This document shows, piece after piece, positions 63,072 to 64,000 of a stretch of 64,000 bases of DNA. The notes beneath the pieces are model-generated. The model made no database searches, was not told where the DNA came from, and was given only the letters and a program-made list of their open reading frames with translations. The first letter of the stretch is position 1, and each line of letters begins with the position of its first letter. Source of the stretch: Caulobacteraceae bacterium (GTDB lineage: Bacteria > Pseudomonadota > Alphaproteobacteria > Caulobacterales > Caulobacteraceae); contig DASXEN010000068.1 of the NCBI GenBank assembly GCA_036490095.1, forward strand, positions 3,249 to 67,248, written 5' to 3'. Position numbers and translations under genes: made by a program.

Positions 63072-63644
63072 TCAGTGGATCGCCCCCTGCAAGGCGGCGA
63101 AATAGAGCGTCCAGGACGCGGCCACGACCACCGCCGCGGCGATCTGCGCCCAGCGGGCGCGCCAGATCACGGCGATCACGCCGGCGACGACCATCGGGAT
63201 CACCGCCAGGTTCTGCTCGTCCCAGGTGATCACCCCGAAGACGCGGCCGTAAACCGCGTTGGCGACGAGGGCGATAATCGCCAAGACCAGCCACGAGCCG
63301 ACGATGTCGAGCCGGTGCTCGGCCTGGAACGCCACCAGGTCGATCGGTCCATCCGGCTTGACCTCCGGCGAGACCAGCGCCGCCATCAGGTAGTTGGCGA
63401 AGGCGATCAGGAAGGTGAAGAAGATCGTCGCCACGTCCCAGCGCGGCAGGGCCCGCAGGTCCCAGAAGCTGATCCAGTTGGCCACGATGGCGACCAGCGC
63501 GTTCAGCATCCAGAAGGCGTGCAAGGCGGAGAAGCGCACCTCGCGGCGGCGGCGCAGCAGCATGGCGACGGTGGTCAGCAGGTGGCCGATCGCCAGCGCG
63601 TAGACGAACGAGAGCAGCAGGATGATGTGATCGAAGGCGCCCAT
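63072..63644 (-). CDS. Hypothetical multi-pass membrane protein
   Basis: Start at MGAFDHIILLLSFVYALAIGHLL. About six TM helices. No family recognised. Confidence 0.55.
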   Translation of the reverse strand: MGAFDHIILLLSFVYALAIGHLLTTVAMLLRRRREVRFSALHAFWMLNALVAIVANWISFWDLRALPRWDVATIFFTFLIAFANYLMAALVSPEVKPDGPIDLVAFQAEHRLDIVGSWLVLAIIALVANAVYGRVFGVITWDEQNLAVIPMVVAGVIAVIWRARWAQIAAAVVVAASWTLYFAALQGAIH

Positions 63645-63672
63645 GCCGTCCCCAAAGCCCGCTCTGTCAGTC

Positions 63673-63687
63673 TCGCATGCGCGCTTC
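63673..63687 (-). promoter_or_regulatory. Weak sigma-54 promoter-like element
   Basis: The minus strand reads TGGAAG-N5-ATGC with correct GG/GC spacing, against the consensus TGGCAC-N5-TTGC. It lies about 30 nt upstream of the membrane-protein ATG. Confidence 0.2.
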
Positions 63688-63750
63688 CACGCCGCGAGGC
63701 GGATTTCGGATGGGTTTGCGGGCGCCGGGCGAGGGTCTAAAGCCCGCGGC

Positions 63751-64000
63751 ATGAACGCCCCCGTCAAGCCGCCCGCCAACGCCCTGCCCGAGTGGCGCCT
63801 CGACGACCTCTACGCCGGCCGCGACGACCCGCGCATCGAGGCCGACCTGGCGGCCGCCGCCAAGGTCAGCGCCGACCTGGCGGCGCTGAAGGGCGCGTTC
63901 GTGGCCGCCCGCGCCGAGCCGGCCAAGCTCGGCACGCTGATCGACCAGGGCGTCAGCCTCTACCAGCGCGCCACCGACAAGCTCTGGGGCGTCGGCGCCT
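63751..64000 (+). CDS. M3-family oligoendopeptidase F-like protein, 5' partial (runs off the window)
   Basis: MNAPVKPPANALPEWRLDDLYAGRDDPRIEADL resembles PepF-type N-termini of alphaproteobacteria. Only 83 codons are visible. Confidence 0.55.
   Translation, partial: MNAPVKPPANALPEWRLDDLYAGRDDPRIEADLAAAAKVSADLAALKGAFVAARAEPAKLGTLIDQGVSLYQRATDKLWGVGA

Overview
High-GC (roughly 68-70% by eye) chromosomal segment. Gene content points to an alphaproteobacterium, probably Caulobacterales-like: GapR/DUF2312, CdnL, an HWE histidine kinase, EI-Ntr PtsP and a TacA-like sigma-54 activator. This taxonomic placement is inference only. Most of the window is a housekeeping backbone: argJ, thrS, yidD, cysS, secA, pgsA, uvrC, ubiG, lysC, ptsP, rodZ-like, ispG, prmC, clpB, rpmB, fdxA, cdnL, rpmJ and gapR. 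Many genes are translationally coupled through ATGA/GTGA overlaps. Small accessory insertions interrupt this backbone:
(1) A GxxExxY (PD-(D/E)XK-like) gene enclosed by a 46-bp inverted repeat built from CACGGAG units (43453-43960).
(2) A gene-less, very highly structured sibling element with the same ATTGAACCACGGA terminus (14231-14482).
(3) A 994-bp IS1-like element with perfect 19-bp terminal inverted repeats and 8-bp direct repeats. It carries a transposase remnant and three small ORFs, upstream of rpmB.
(4) A VapC toxin with an unusually long two-domain antitoxin, wedged between ubiG and lysC.
(5) A ParDE module.
(6) A protein made of two tandem P-loop kinase-like domains.
(7) A type III PKS plus ICMT-methyltransferase operon next to gapR.
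(8) Nested palindromic repeat elements flanking a tri-haem cytochrome c gene.
No rRNA, tRNA or CRISPR array was recognised. The many long antisense ORFs in the six-frame track are high-GC shadow frames. All coordinates and repeat matches were read by eye from the sequence. All family assignments rest on motif recognition, not on database searches.
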